DNA from: Yuukianura sp. NJ FZ-2021
Taxonomy: Eukaryota
Assembly (NCBI GenBank): GCA_046563655.1
Contig: CM102283.1
Location: forward strand, 1,922,001 to 1,986,000
DNA length: 64,000 nucleotides
Reading direction: 5' to 3'
Part shown: positions 1 through 12,486 of the stretch, piece after piece
Numbering within the stretch: position 1 is the stretch's first letter
How the letters are laid out: each line of letters starts with the position of its first letter
Translations under genes and position numbers: made by a program
The notes under the pieces: generated by a model
The model's database searches: none
Told to the model about the DNA's origin: nothing
What the model saw: the letters and a program-made list of their open reading frames with translations, nothing else

Positions 1-29
1 TTTACTAACCTTTTTGATTACTTTTCTAG

Positions 30-1248
30 CGGTAGGAGTCAATTCTGTGTCACTAGTGACAGGAAAATGTCCTGTTTGTGAAAGGGATATGGAATTGAAA
101 AACTTGTTTGGTGTCCTCGCATGTGCAAATTGTGGTCGCAATTTCTGGATGGCTGTTCGTCTCAACCGGCCGAAGAGTTGTCCAAAAGAAGTGCCATGCA
201 GGAATCTACGGTCTTGTCATGGATGTCGCTGGACAAAGTTCGTACAAGCTGGATTTAAGCCCGAATGTAAGTGTATTTGCATCCTATAAAGTAAAAATGA
301 GGAGTAAAGATTAATTTTTTGAAAATTTTCTGACTGGTATTTTTTGTAATTCAGTGGTGAATTTGCCAAAGGGAGTAATGGAACCTGTTCAAACAAGCTA
401 TACTTGTGCAGTATGTGGTGATGCTGGCAAGCATCGGTGCCGTGACGGACGTGTGTGTGGCAGTTGTAGTTTATTTTTCAGTAAAATTACTGTAAAGGAG
501 GCTGTGCCGGTTTGTACCAAAGGCGGGAACTGTCCCATTGACATGCTCACAAGAGTGGACTGCAAGGCCTGTCGTCTTCAAAAGTGCTACCAAGTCGGCA
601 TGCGCCGAAGTAAAGTTGTCGTAAAAACATTTTTAAAGTAGAACTTTCCAAATAGTGTAAATTGATTGGTTGTTTGTGGTGTGTACAGCAAAGGCCTATA
701 CGAGACGAACGGAACCGGACGGGTCTGTGCAAAATTGTAAAATCTGCGGTGACGTTTCCATTGGAAGTCGCTATGGAGTCCAATCCTGTGAATCTTGTTC
801 CTTCTTTTTTATGAAGGGAAGTGGTAGGGACTTTGGAGACTGTATGGTGACACACGGAAACTGCGAAATTACGAAGGAAACACGCACGAAATGTCAACCT
901 TGTCGTATGGCCAAATGTGTTGAGCAGGGCATGAAGAAAGGTCAGATTTAAAAAAAATGAAACTAACAGAATATCACAGTGTTTTGATTACGTTAATTGT
1001 TTTTTTTCCTAGCTCCTGAGCGAAGACGACTAGGACGAATTCCTAAAGATTCAGAAGAGGCTCGTGCCTTAAGGAAATTAATCAGCAACGCTGCAGCGGA
1101 ACCTGCTGAAGCTGCTTCCGCTGAAGCTCAAAATACTGCTGAAAATGCTGATGAGCCGCCGCAGTTTGCTCTGGAATTGGTTTCAGTTCCACATGAAAGC
1201 CCCGCCGGAACCACCTACTCATTTTCGTTGCCCGCAAATGAGTGGTAG
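30..1248 (+). CDS. Nuclear-receptor-like protein with >=3 tandem C4 zinc-finger DNA-binding domains, no LBD (5' end outside window)
   Basis: Exons 30-266, 355-609, 689-940 and 1013-1248, joined by GT-AG phase-1 introns in a continuous frame. Each of the first three encodes CxxC..CxxC-x-FF/NF..C..C..CxxCR..K..G[MF]. The last exon has RLGRIPK followed by a short acidic tail and TAG. Confidence 0.85.
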
Positions 1249-1853
1249 AACTTTCGTTTAGGTCAAAGGTCAAATTGAGATTTTTGGCAACAAATATTTG
1301 ATTTTGATACATAGTAGTAGTGATGTAAGAAACGAAAGTTTTGAAACTTTCAAAATTGTGGTAGAGTTTTTTTTTTAGAACAAATGTCGCGTTTAGAATT
1401 CACTAATTTTTGTTACTTTTTTTTAAACATTTGTTGTCCATTTCTAATTAGTGAGAGGTTTATATCTTGATTTTCATTGGTCAAAGTCAGAGTTACGAAA
1501 TTAAATGTTTCATTTCCACAACGAATCATCTAGGAATTTGGTCCAAGAATTTTCTTGGACCAACTTCCATACGAAGTTTGAAGAGCAAGGAAAATATTGT
1601 TGATTTGATAATTTTTCTAGGGATGTTAATTGGTTGAACCAAAGTTTCCTCACCACCTCACCTCTTTATTAATGAGTTAACTAATAATTAATCATTAATT
1701 AGGAATAAATGTATTAAAAAATCTGAGTCGACCACATTGAAACTCTTAATTTTCCTTGTGATCTGTTTCCTGTAGCTTTCGACTTGTAATGATTTTAGTT
1801 GATCTTTGAAAGTTATTAAGAAAGCGTTGATCTCCCTTTGAATTTTGGACAAG

Positions 1854-2643
1854 ATGAGGGTCGTCGTATTTCTGTTGGTGGTAAATTTTACCTTAGTTGT
1901 TAGTGGGTCAAAAAACTGGGAAAGAGCAAAACAAGCACTTGCTCATGGAGATCAAGTTTCAGAATTCGCAACAGAACAAGCAAAAGAAAAACGTGGATTT
2001 GGTATACTTTTTTAAAATGAAATTTTAATTTAATTTAAATATTAATTATTTTTTAGGTTATTTAAAATCTTTTGCTGAGACATTTTTCATTTTTAGACTT
2101 TTTCAAGCAGGGACTGGCGAAGCTTCCTATAGGTCTAAAAAACGGTGATTAGAAAAATTTTTTTAAATCATTTTGAAACAAAGAAAACATTTCCATTCTT
2201 TTTTTCGATGTCGTTTTTTGAATGTGATTTTTGTTTATAAGACTTGCAAGCAGGAATGGAGAAGCTGCATAGAGAATTCGTTGAACCAGTTGAAACCACC
2301 GGTAATTTTCAAACCAATATAATTGTGTTTAGCTTCCGTAATAGTAAATTTTAAAACAAAATTTTTTTTCGAAAGATTTCCGGCACAATGTTGAAGTTGC
2401 CCAAAGGGATATCCAATGGTGACAAATTTTTACTGACAAAAAATTTCAGCGCTATAGTTTTGAAAAAATGTTAAAAAAATAATTTTGCTTTTTGAAGACC
2501 TGCAGAAAGAATTCCGGAAATTGCCGAAAGGAGTTCAGCAAAAAATCGGATGTTCATCTCTGGCAGAGAAATTCAAACAAAGGAAAACCCGCAAAATAAT
2601 CAACTTCAGCGTTAATGGCCTCATAGCAGTTAAAAACTTTTAG
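1854..2643 (+). CDS. Putative small secreted multi-exon peptide precursor
   Basis: MRVVVFLLVVNFTLVVSG signal-like start, KR site, then short exons (2097-2132, 2242-2301, ~2376-2418, 2498-2643) with related motifs (DFFKQGLAKLP, DLQAGMEKLH, DLQKEFRKLPKG). The phase of exon 4 is ambiguous. Confidence 0.45.
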
Positions 2644-2800
2644 TCTCATTCTCAATCCTGTACAATTTTTTTAAAAACTTCTTTAGAATTCTTATTATCG
2701 TTTTCAAGTAATTCCACTGTGTTAAACCTTTAATTCACGAATATATTAACCTGCTCTAATAACCCACATTGTTTAACATTTAAAACATATTGTTAAACAG

Positions 2801-4600
2801 TTATCGTTTCAACACGTCAACAAAAATTGGTTTGTGAATCAAAATAAGGCTCCCGCCAATTTCTGATTTACAAATCGTGTCCGGGCGTTTAGCAATTTTA
2901 AACTTTTTCAAAAAAGTTGCCAGTAGAATTTTGAGTGTTTCCGTTGCAAATCGTTGACCAATGCAATTTCTTGGGCCCTGTCCAAATGTCAAGTTAGTGT
3001 AGGCGTCACGCGACTTTTTTTCGTCACCCATGTACCGCCATGGATCAAATTTTTCAGGGTCTGGATAAAACTCAGGATTCATATGCAATGCAGGGAGGGA
3101 AAATATGACATCGGTGCCTTTGGGGATCCGAATTCCCTCAAACTGCCAATCCTGGTTGCACTTCCGATCGAGCCGAATGAAATTGGCATGCATCCGACCA
3201 GTCTCCGTAATCGCAGCGTTTAGAAGCGGAAGATTGTTACTAATTGCTTCCAGCGTCAAATGTGGCAAAGCGTCAATTTCGGCTAAAATTGATTCTTGAA
3301 CTTCCGGATTTACAGCCATTTCGTACATGAAGAATTCAAAAGTGTCACGAGTTCCAGCGTATCCAGCTAGAAAAAATTCCCACGCTTGTGCAAGGACAGC
3401 GTTTTCGTTGATTCCTAGCCGTTTGTAGTCTGCGTCACTCCGAACTTTTTTGATCATTTCAACCAATGATGAAGTGGCATCAATTGACTCTTGACCTGAT
3501 TTTTCCCGCGTAGCCAAAATATTTTTCAAGGCGCCAAGAAAGAAGTTCATTCCACTCTCGTCTATTGTAATGGATTGATATTTTTCAATAATTGGGAACA
3601 TTTCTGTTCAAAAAACAAAACAAAATAAAACTTCAAAATTATTGGAACTCATTCTTTTAAGTTTGAAATTTTGAGAAACTGACTTGTAATGATTATTTTC
3701 CAGTCTTCTTTGGGCATGTCATGAAAGAGTGCCAATTTCATATTTCTGATAAATTCGTTATTCGGATCTCTTGCATTCGGGATTTCAATACCACAGAAAC
3801 ATTTTGACAAGATTTCCAGAATCATTGGAGCGAGAAATCTGTTTCAAAAAATATGTACAATCAAACAAAGTCTTATTGTCAAAAAAAAATATTTTTTTTC
3901 AATTTTTTTTTGTAAATTACTCTTTGAATTCCATTTTTTCAAAACGGCCATTGGACTTCTCACATTGAACTAGCAGTGTCTGCGCATACTCTTCTGCGAC
4001 GCTCTGAGTAATGGTATTCAGTTGTTTGATTTTCCCGGTGGTAAAAATCGGAGTTATGGCGTTCCGGACAGTTTTCCATTTTTCATCTAGTACAAAATTG
4101 TATGTATGGTTTATATTATATGTGTAATATTTTTTATAGTATATTTTTACCTTCAAGCATATCCAAAATTTGGTTCATAACTCCAGTACTGTCGCTTCCA
4201 AACGTTCGTCCATGGTTTCGAAAATGATCAGAATTTACTGTGGTAATCAAACGAATCAATTTTGGATCAGAAATGTAAATTTGTGGGCTTCTTCCATCGT
4301 AAACCTGAAAACAACGAAATTAAAAATCTTCAAGAAATAAGTTTTTAAAAAATTTGTCCAAAATTTTGAAATCCTTACGCCATAAATGGTACCATATTTT
4401 TCCCGCCGTTGGATATCCAGATCCTGGATGTTCACCCATGGTTCAACGTAGTTACTGCCAAAAAATAAAAATGGTTTTACAACTGGAATTCCAAGAGACT
4501 CCAGCAATCCGTAGTTCCAACGAGCATAAACAATTGCAATTATCAGAATTCCAACAACTACTGCCACTATTAAACTAATTAAAGCCAAAATCAAATCCAT
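2801..4600 (-). CDS. Cytochrome P450 (CYP3-clan-like), copy A
   Basis: 5 exons; N-terminal TM anchor, WKTVR, ETGR, DPWRY, heme motif FGQGPRNCIG. Confidence 0.93.
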
Positions 4601-5268
4601 TTTGAACAGTGCTAGGCTAGTAAAATTCAACTTTTCAACATTCAGCTAGGTTCCTCTTCAACTGAAAACTAATTCATTTGAGTGGGTGAATTTATAACCT
4701 TAACTTTGTTTTTTCAAGGTCTTTAAATTAGTACGAATCAAGGACTTTTCTAAAGAGCAAAACAGTTTGAAGTGGCAAAAAAAATCTGACGAGCAAAAAC
4801 ATATTTGCGTTTCAAAAAAGTTCTTTATCTTGCTAGAGTTTTTTTTTTGACAAAAGACAAATTTGTATAAATGACAGCCTAAAAACTTTTATTAACGCGT
4901 CTTGACGTTATTGCCAGTGACAGTTTGACCTTGTATATCAATGACTTGCACCTTACATCATTGACTTACATCTTACATCCTACATCATTGGTTACATCTT
5001 ACATCAATGACTCTTATATGAATCCTTTACTTGCAATGAAACATACATGACAATATAGAATACGCAGTTATAATTGTTGGAAATTGAAAAAAGTAAACCA
5101 GTAAAAAATAAAATGAAAATGAAAATAATAAATGAATATAATATAACAAAATATGAATGAAAATATAATATGTGTTTTCCGTTGTACTTGTACTGCTACA
5201 TTTTTTATTGTTACTCACTAGTTCAACAAGTAGACGGATCAACACCGTTTAAAATGTCTGTTAAACAG

Positions 5269-8200
5269 TCAGCGTTTAAATACATCAACATAAATCGGTT
5301 TGTGAACCACAAGCAGACTCCCGCCAACTTCCGCCGTACAAGACGTGTCCAAACGTTTTACAATTTTGAACTTTTTCAAAAAAGTTGCCACTAGAATCTT
5401 GAGTGTTTCCGTTGCAAATCGTTGACCAATGCAACTTCTTGGACCATGTCCAAAGGTTTGGTTAGTGAACGGATCACGTGACTTTTTTTCGTCACTCATA
5501 AACCGCCAAGGATCAAATTTATTTGGATCCGGGTAATAGTCAGGGTTGAAATGCAAAGCAGCCTGGGAAAATACGAGCTGCGTGTCTTTTGGAATCCGAA
5601 TTCCCTCAAACTGCCAATCTGCATTGCATTTCCGATCGAGCCGAAAGAAACTCGAGTGCATCCGACCGGTTTCTGTAATGGCAGCAGTCATGAGCGGCAA
5701 GTTATTGCTGATCGCTTCCAGCGTCAAGTGTGGCAAAGCGTCAATTTCAGCGAAAATGGATTCTTGAATTTCTGGATTTACAGCCATTTCGTACATGAAG
5801 AATTCAAAAGTGTCGCGAATTCCGCTGTACCCCGCCAAAAAAAATTCCCACGCTTGCCCAAGGACAGTGTTCTCGTTGATTCCTAGCCGTTTGTAGTCTG
5901 CGTCACTCCGAACTTTTTTCATCATTTCAACCAATGATGAAGTGGCATCAATTGACTCTTGGCCTGATTTTTCCCGCGTTGCCAAAATATGTTTCAGTTC
6001 GGTAATGAAGAAGTTCAGCCCGCTTTCATCCGCTACTACCGCACTGTATTTGTGAATGATTGGAAATATTTCTATTCAAAATAGTAAAAATTGAAATTGG
6101 AATAAAGTTGACCGAAAATTGAAATTTTTTAAAGAAATACTTTATCAAATTTTGGAAAACTTACTTGCAAGCATTACTTTCCAGTCACCATTGAGTGGCG
6201 TCTCATGCCAAAGTGCCAGTTTCATGTTTTTGATAAACTCGTTATTCGGATCTTTTGCATTTTGGATTTCAATTCCACAGAAACATTTTGACAAGATTTC
6301 CAGAATCATTGGAGCGAGAAATCTGTTTCAAAAAATATTTGTAAAAAAAATACCTTTGAAATTCTAATTTTTCTAATTTTTTTGAAATTCACTCTTTGAA
6401 TTGCATTTTCTCATAGCGGCCATTTGACGCTTCACATTTAGCCATCAGCGTCTGTGCATAATCTTCTGCAATGCGCTGCGTAATTGTATTGAGCTGCTTG
6501 ATTTTTCCAGTGGTAAAAATTGGCGTCAAGGCGTTCCGGACAGTTTTCCACTTTTCGTCTAGCAAGAAAATGATGTGTTTTAGTATTTTACATAAAAATT
6601 ATTAATAATTCTTTATTATAGTTTATATTATTGTTATGTTTATCTCAATGTATGTGATCTCAATTTTTTCATTTGCATTTCTACAACTGCTGATTTTTCC
6701 TGTGTGGTAAACTGGTTTCATCCATGTGATTGAGAAGTTTTACTTACTGGAAAAGTCTTCTCCGTTGTGTGTTTCAATTTCGCAGTTCTTTAGATTAATT
6801 CATTGTTAATCAACTGCTCTTACTATAATACGCTGCAGTACTAACCAGTCGAGAATAGTCTCCGTCTCAGTCTCTCAGCCAAACAGAGAACACGTATAGT
6901 CTTGTTACTGCAACAGCCTTTACACATAATTGTGGAACACAAATTAGTAAATAATGGCTCCTGCAAGAAAAGTTGGCAAAGGAAAGAGGACTAGAGAAGC
7001 TGGAGGAAACGACGACGAAGAGCAAGGGTCATCGCCAAAAAGGTCACATACTAGTGACACGTCACCAAAAGTGTTCAGACCGGCAGAAAACTTAACGCTC
7101 GCAAATATTGCTCAAATTGTACAAGATGGTGTACAACAAATTACTGGACAAGTTTCATCCCTTGTTAAGACTGTTGAAAATTTAGCTACGGAAGTAAAAG
7201 AAACCAAACAAAGAGTCACAAAACTGGAAGAGTTAAGTTACGGTGCTGACGTTAAGTGGAAGGAACTGCAAAGATGTGTGGAAACAGTGGACTTACAATC
7301 TCGAAAACTAAATCTGGTGATCCTGGGCTTAAATGAATCAGTGGCAGAAACAGAAATTGAACTGAAGTTGGCAGTGTCAAAATTCATCAAAGATGTACTT
7401 GAGGTACAAAATCGAATTGAAATTGACACCTGTTTTCGATTTGGAAAAAGATTTGGAGACAAACCAAGAAAGGTCAAGGTCAAATTTACGAAACAACATG
7501 ATCGGAACGTAGTGTTTGGTGCCAGAGAAATCTTATTTCAGAAGAAAATCAGCATTTACGTGAACGAAGATTTGCCACAAGTTACTATGGACAGAAGGCG
7601 GATGCTGCGGGACGAGGCTAACAAGGCAAGAATACTTGGGAAGAGGTCAAAGGTCGTGGGAGATAGGCTCATTGTGAATGGAGTTGCATTCAAGATTGGC
7701 TCTAATGGAAATCTGGAAACGGACGAGACATCCCCACCACAATTGGAAAGACACAGTATGATTGGAACTGGATTACAAGGTTCAATGCCAACCAACAGTG
7801 GATATCGCAATGCTGTTCTAAGACGAAGCAACGAAAATCAGGTTCAAGGACAAACACAACAAACTGGAGAAACAATGGAAGAAGAAGGAGGAAACTGACT
7901 AAATAAGTGTAAGAATCTCGTAAAACACACAACTAAAATAGGACATTTAAATGTTAGGTCAGTTAATGATAAATGTTACGAGATAGATAATATTTTGACT
8001 ATTGAAAAGTTGGACGTGCTTGGTTTGTCAGAAACATGGCTAAAAGAAAATATGCAAATAGTAATTCCAAAAAACTACAATTTTTTAAGAAAGGACAGGG
8101 AAAAAATTGGAGGGGGGGTTGGCATACTTTACAAGAAAAGCTTAACCGTTAAAAAATTGATTTTGAAAACTTGGAATTTAAGTATCCAACTTCACTGGAG

Positions 8201-11200
8201 CACATCTCTTACAGTTTTCAAGACGGTTTTGTTAAAAGTTTTATAGTGTGTGTTGTTTACATACCAGATAAAAAGTTGAACAGAAATGACCTTCATAATT
8301 TGGAAGAGATTTTAATGCAACTAAGTAAAACAAACAAAGTTTTTTGGGTTTTAGGAGATTTTAACAGAGATCTTCTGGATTCAACTAACTACTCTTGTCA
8401 ATTAATCTCAATTGTTGAGAAAATGGGATTAAAGCAACTTGTTAAAGAACCAACTAGAGATTTGGCATTATTGGACTTGATAATAACAAATTTCGAAGGT
8501 GGAAATGAAATCAAAATTAAAGACTACGGTGTTTCTGACCATGCATTGACAATGGTCAAATTTAACACTGTAAAATCGAAAAGGACACAAATATTGATTG
8601 AATCTAGAGATTATTCGAAAATTGACCAAATTAAACTTAATGAAATTATGTTGGAAAAATTTAACGATTTTGAAGACTTTAAAGAAGTGAATAATATGCT
8701 GAATTTTGTCATTAATGAGACTGTCGAAGTCTTTGACAGAGTGGCACCGATCACAAAAAAACGAAAAAACTCTGAAATAAAGCGTACAAATAAACCATCT
8801 TCAGAACTGACCAGCTTGATTAAGCAGTGTAACGAAAAGTTCAAGATGCTGCGACGAACAGGTCTCGAAATACTGAGGGAAGACTTAAAAAAATTAAAAA
8901 AGAGGTCAAAAAGTTGACAAAAAAAGAAATTCGACAAAGAATAGCCGAAAAGTTAAAAAAAACAGACGTTTGGACAACCTTAAAAAATGAATTAAATTTT
9001 GAACTAAAAAAGAGACAAACAATGCCTAACGTAGACTTTGACATTAATGAATTAAATGAATTTTACATCAAAAATTCGTTTCCAGCGGATGTCGTTCCTT
9101 ACAATACACTTGAGGACAATAAGATCTGTAATATAAATGAAGAATTGTTTGTTGTAAAGGAAATTAAAGCTTGTGAAGTTAAAAAAACATGGAGAAAAAT
9201 TAAGAATCGAAATTCAACTGTTGAAATAGATGGGATTAGTAAAAAAATGTTCAGTATACTGATGAGCTTTCCAAATTTTGTTCAGACTTTAACAAATTTT
9301 TGCAACTTGAGTTTTGGAAGCGGGGAAATACCAAAATTATTAAAAAGAACAAGAATTTGTCCCATCCCAAAAATTAAAGATGCAAGAAACTTTAAAGATT
9401 TTCGTCCGATTGGAATTTCGCATTTTCTGTTGATTTTACTTGAAAAACTTTATGTGCAAAAATTTTTGGAACACTTAAAAAATAACAATTTGTCTTTAAG
9501 TGTCAATCAGTTTGGCTGTCGAAAAAATCATTCGACTGAACAGGCTATGATATACACTGTGGACAATATTAAAAAACAACTTGATTTGGGCAAAGTATGT
9601 TTAATGGTCAGCATTGACCTTAAAAATGCTTTTCCAACAGTACATAGAGAAAACTTTCTTAAAAAATTGAGGAAACAATTTAAAGTATCTGACTTTTGGT
9701 TACGGAGTTATTTTACAGACAGAACACAGTTTGTACAAATTGGCGACACTAAATCTGAGGAGAGGAATAATTTAACAGGTTTGATTCAAGGAAGTGTGTT
9801 GGGACCGATTTTTTCACTTTCTACATAAATGATTTAGAAAAGGTATTATTAGTATCCAGACCACAAATTTTTGTGGATGATACAAATCTGATGTTTATTG
9901 GAGAGTGGAAGGAAAAAACAGCATTAAGAGAAGGGGTAAATGGTGAATTACTAAGGGTGACTAATTGGATTGACGAAAACTATTTAGTAATAAATAGCGA
10001 CAAAACAAAAGTCCTTATTTTTGGAAGTAAAAAACAATTGGAGATTTTTGGAAATTTTGAAATAATGGTTACTGGTTATTTGATAGAGTCTTCGGAAGAA
10101 ATCAAAAGTCTGGGATTGATATTACAAAGGGATCTGAAATGGGACAAACATATTGATGTGGTTATTAAAAAATGCTACGTTGTAATAATCAATGCGTATA
10201 AAGTTAGAGAATTTCTAACAGAAAAAGCAAAAAAATATTTATGGAAGCAATGGTACACTCAATTCTAAAATATATGTTTGTACTCTACGGTCAAACTACA
10301 ATGAAGAATTTGAAAAAAGTCGAAAAAGTAATACGAACAATGGCGAGGTTCGTCACTGGTTTAAAGAAATTTGAACCAGTGGCTGAGGAATTAACAAACA
10401 AGTTAAAATGGCTTCTTCCAAAATTCTTTTTTGAGTTTCAAGTTTTGTGTACAACACATAAAATTTTATATGGAAAGCACGTTAGTGTATTTGATGACTA
10501 CTACAAATACACTTCTGAAGTACATAATTACCCGACTTCAAGGTCAAACAAAAACTCGTTAACTTATGAACATAATAACAAAGGAAAACATTGGCAAACG
10601 ACATTCCAAGCACGTTCAATTCAGTTATGGAACTCTTTACACCCAGAAATAACAAACATCAAGAATTACCAAAAGTTTAAAGATTCTGTTAAAACGATGT
10701 TAATTAAGAAGCAAGGACATTCCTTAGGTATAAGTGATTAGGAATAAGTAATTAATTTTATAGGATAAGTATAGGATAAGTTTGCAATGTCATTAACTTT
10801 TAATTTTAATTTTAATTTTAAGCGAATACTTTTAAGGAAATAAGTCTTAGGGTTAAGTTAACGAGTAATTTTCTTTTTATTTTATTTTAAACGTTAAAAA
10901 AAACACAATCGAACGGGTTAATGAAAGATTAAAGACTGATAATTCAATTGACAAGATGTAAAGCCACTAGCGTGGGTATCTTGTCACTAACAATTATGAA
11001 AGAAAAATGACAAGAATAAATGGCAAATAAAAAAAAAAAAAAAAAAAAATTATCATTATTATATTCTTACCTGCGAGTACATCTAAAAGTTGCTCCATAA
11101 GGCCAGTACTGTCGCTCATCTCCCATCCATGGTTTCGAAAATGATCAAAATCTACTGTCGTAATCAAACGAAGCAATTTTGGATCCGAAATGTAAATTTG

Positions 11201-11522
11201 CGGGCGTCTTCCATCGTAAACCTACAAACAACAAATTGCAAAAAAAAAGAATCAAAAAATGTGTTTTTTAAAAATTTGTGTGAAATTTTGAAATTCTTAC
11301 ACCGTAGATGGTACCGTATTTTTCTCGCCGTTTGATATCCAATTCCTTGATGTTTACCCAGGGTTCAAAGTAGTTACTTCCAAGAAACAAAAATGGCTTC
11401 ACAACAGGAATTCCAAGCTGCTCTAAATATCCGTAATTCCATCGAGCATAAACTATGGCAATTATTAAAATTCCGACAACTATAGCCACAATTAAACTAA
11501 TTAAGGTCCAAATTAAGTCCAT
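5269..11522 (-). CDS. Cytochrome P450 copy B; intron 2 contains a LINE
   Basis: Exons 1-2 at ~11522-11071 and exons 3-5 at ~6558-5269, same exon layout as the paralogs; FGHGPRSCIG. Confidence 0.9.
6954..7898 (+). CDS. LINE ORF1 (coiled-coil plus RRM-like RNA-binding protein)
   Basis: 314-aa intact ORF; heptad region followed by NLVILGLNE...RFGK...PRKVKVKF...YVNEDL, typical of LINE ORF1. Confidence 0.8.
   Translation: MAPARKVGKGKRTREAGGNDDEEQGSSPKRSHTSDTSPKVFRPAENLTLANIAQIVQDGVQQITGQVSSLVKTVENLATEVKETKQRVTKLEELSYGADVKWKELQRCVETVDLQSRKLNLVILGLNESVAETEIELKLAVSKFIKDVLEVQNRIEIDTCFRFGKRFGDKPRKVKVKFTKQHDRNVVFGAREILFQKKISIYVNEDLPQVTMDRRRMLRDEANKARILGKRSKVVGDRLIVNGVAFKIGSNGNLETDETSPPQLERHSMIGTGLQGSMPTNSGYRNAVLRRSNENQVQGQTQQTGETMEEEGGN
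7899..10741 (+). CDS. LINE ORF2 (AP endonuclease plus reverse transcriptase), four 1-nt frameshifts as given
   Basis: GHLNVRS, LSETW, GGGV, LGDFN, LDL, SDH (APE); FRPI, NQFG, SIDLKNAF, QGSVLGP, YINDL, FVDD, LG (RT). Confidence 0.88.
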
Positions 11523-12486
11523 TTTAACAATGTTAGGTTAGCAGCCTAACTAAATTGGGTTCGTCAGAAGAGATTTGTGTGCGCTATAATGTTATTTAGC
11601 TGCGCTTCTCTTCAACTGCCTCCATACACGGTGTGTGTGGGCAATTTTATAATGGTGAGAGGTTTTTTTACAGACTGCTTTCAGTTAATAATCAAGGACT
11701 TTTTTTTTCAGAAGAGTGAAAACAGTTTCAAGCTGTGTTACCAAAAATGAAAAAAGAAAAAAAACAGCGCTTTAAGTTCTTGAAGTGTTTTTGGCACATG
11801 CAAATGACAGATTAGGAACTACATTAAAATTGTCAAAGGAAGGCGCGCGTAGTTAAATTCTGTTACAGGCAGTTGTTGTGCATCAATGTCGTTATTTACA
11901 CCATTCACTTACATCTTGTTGGTAATTATTAACTTACTTCAGTGAAAGTTTAATCCCCAGACTTATATCTATAGATGTACGTGGTTCGTATTTTACTGAA
12001 TTTCAAAAATAATCTTTTTTGGAAACAATTTTTGCAGTGGAGTTTACTTTTTAGTTGGAATTTTTTTTTAAAGTTGAGTTATGTGCTTCAACCGTCAAGT
12101 TTTGTCTAAAATTACGTTCAAGTTTGACAACAAAATTAATTGCTTGCTAATGAAAGAAAAATCTAATTTGAAAAAAAAAAAACACAAACACTTTATTATA
12201 CTTACGCGTTTTATTACACAACTAATATAATTTTTACAAAGCGAAAAAAAGGAAGAGAGTGAAATTCATCAAAACTGCAATTTTTTTCTATTTTTGATGA
12301 AGTTGCAACAGAAGAATGAAGATGTTTTAAATGTCTTGCTGTTTTGGTAGTGACGTAGTACTAACATACATGTATGTATATAGCATGTACATAAATGTAT
12401 GTATATGTGTACTGCATAAAGATTTTACTTGTTGTAAACAATAGCTAAACACATGAGTTAAACAGTTTAAGACGTCTGTTAAGCAG

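Larger units (their letters stand above)
6603..11049 (+). mobile_element. Full-length non-LTR retrotransposon (LINE, CR1/L2-group-like)
   Basis: ORF1 plus APE-RT ORF2, 3' stem-loop at 10949-10986, poly(A) ~11028-11049, candidate TSD aaaaattat (6594-6602 / 11045-11053). Antisense to the host CYP. Confidence 0.9.
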
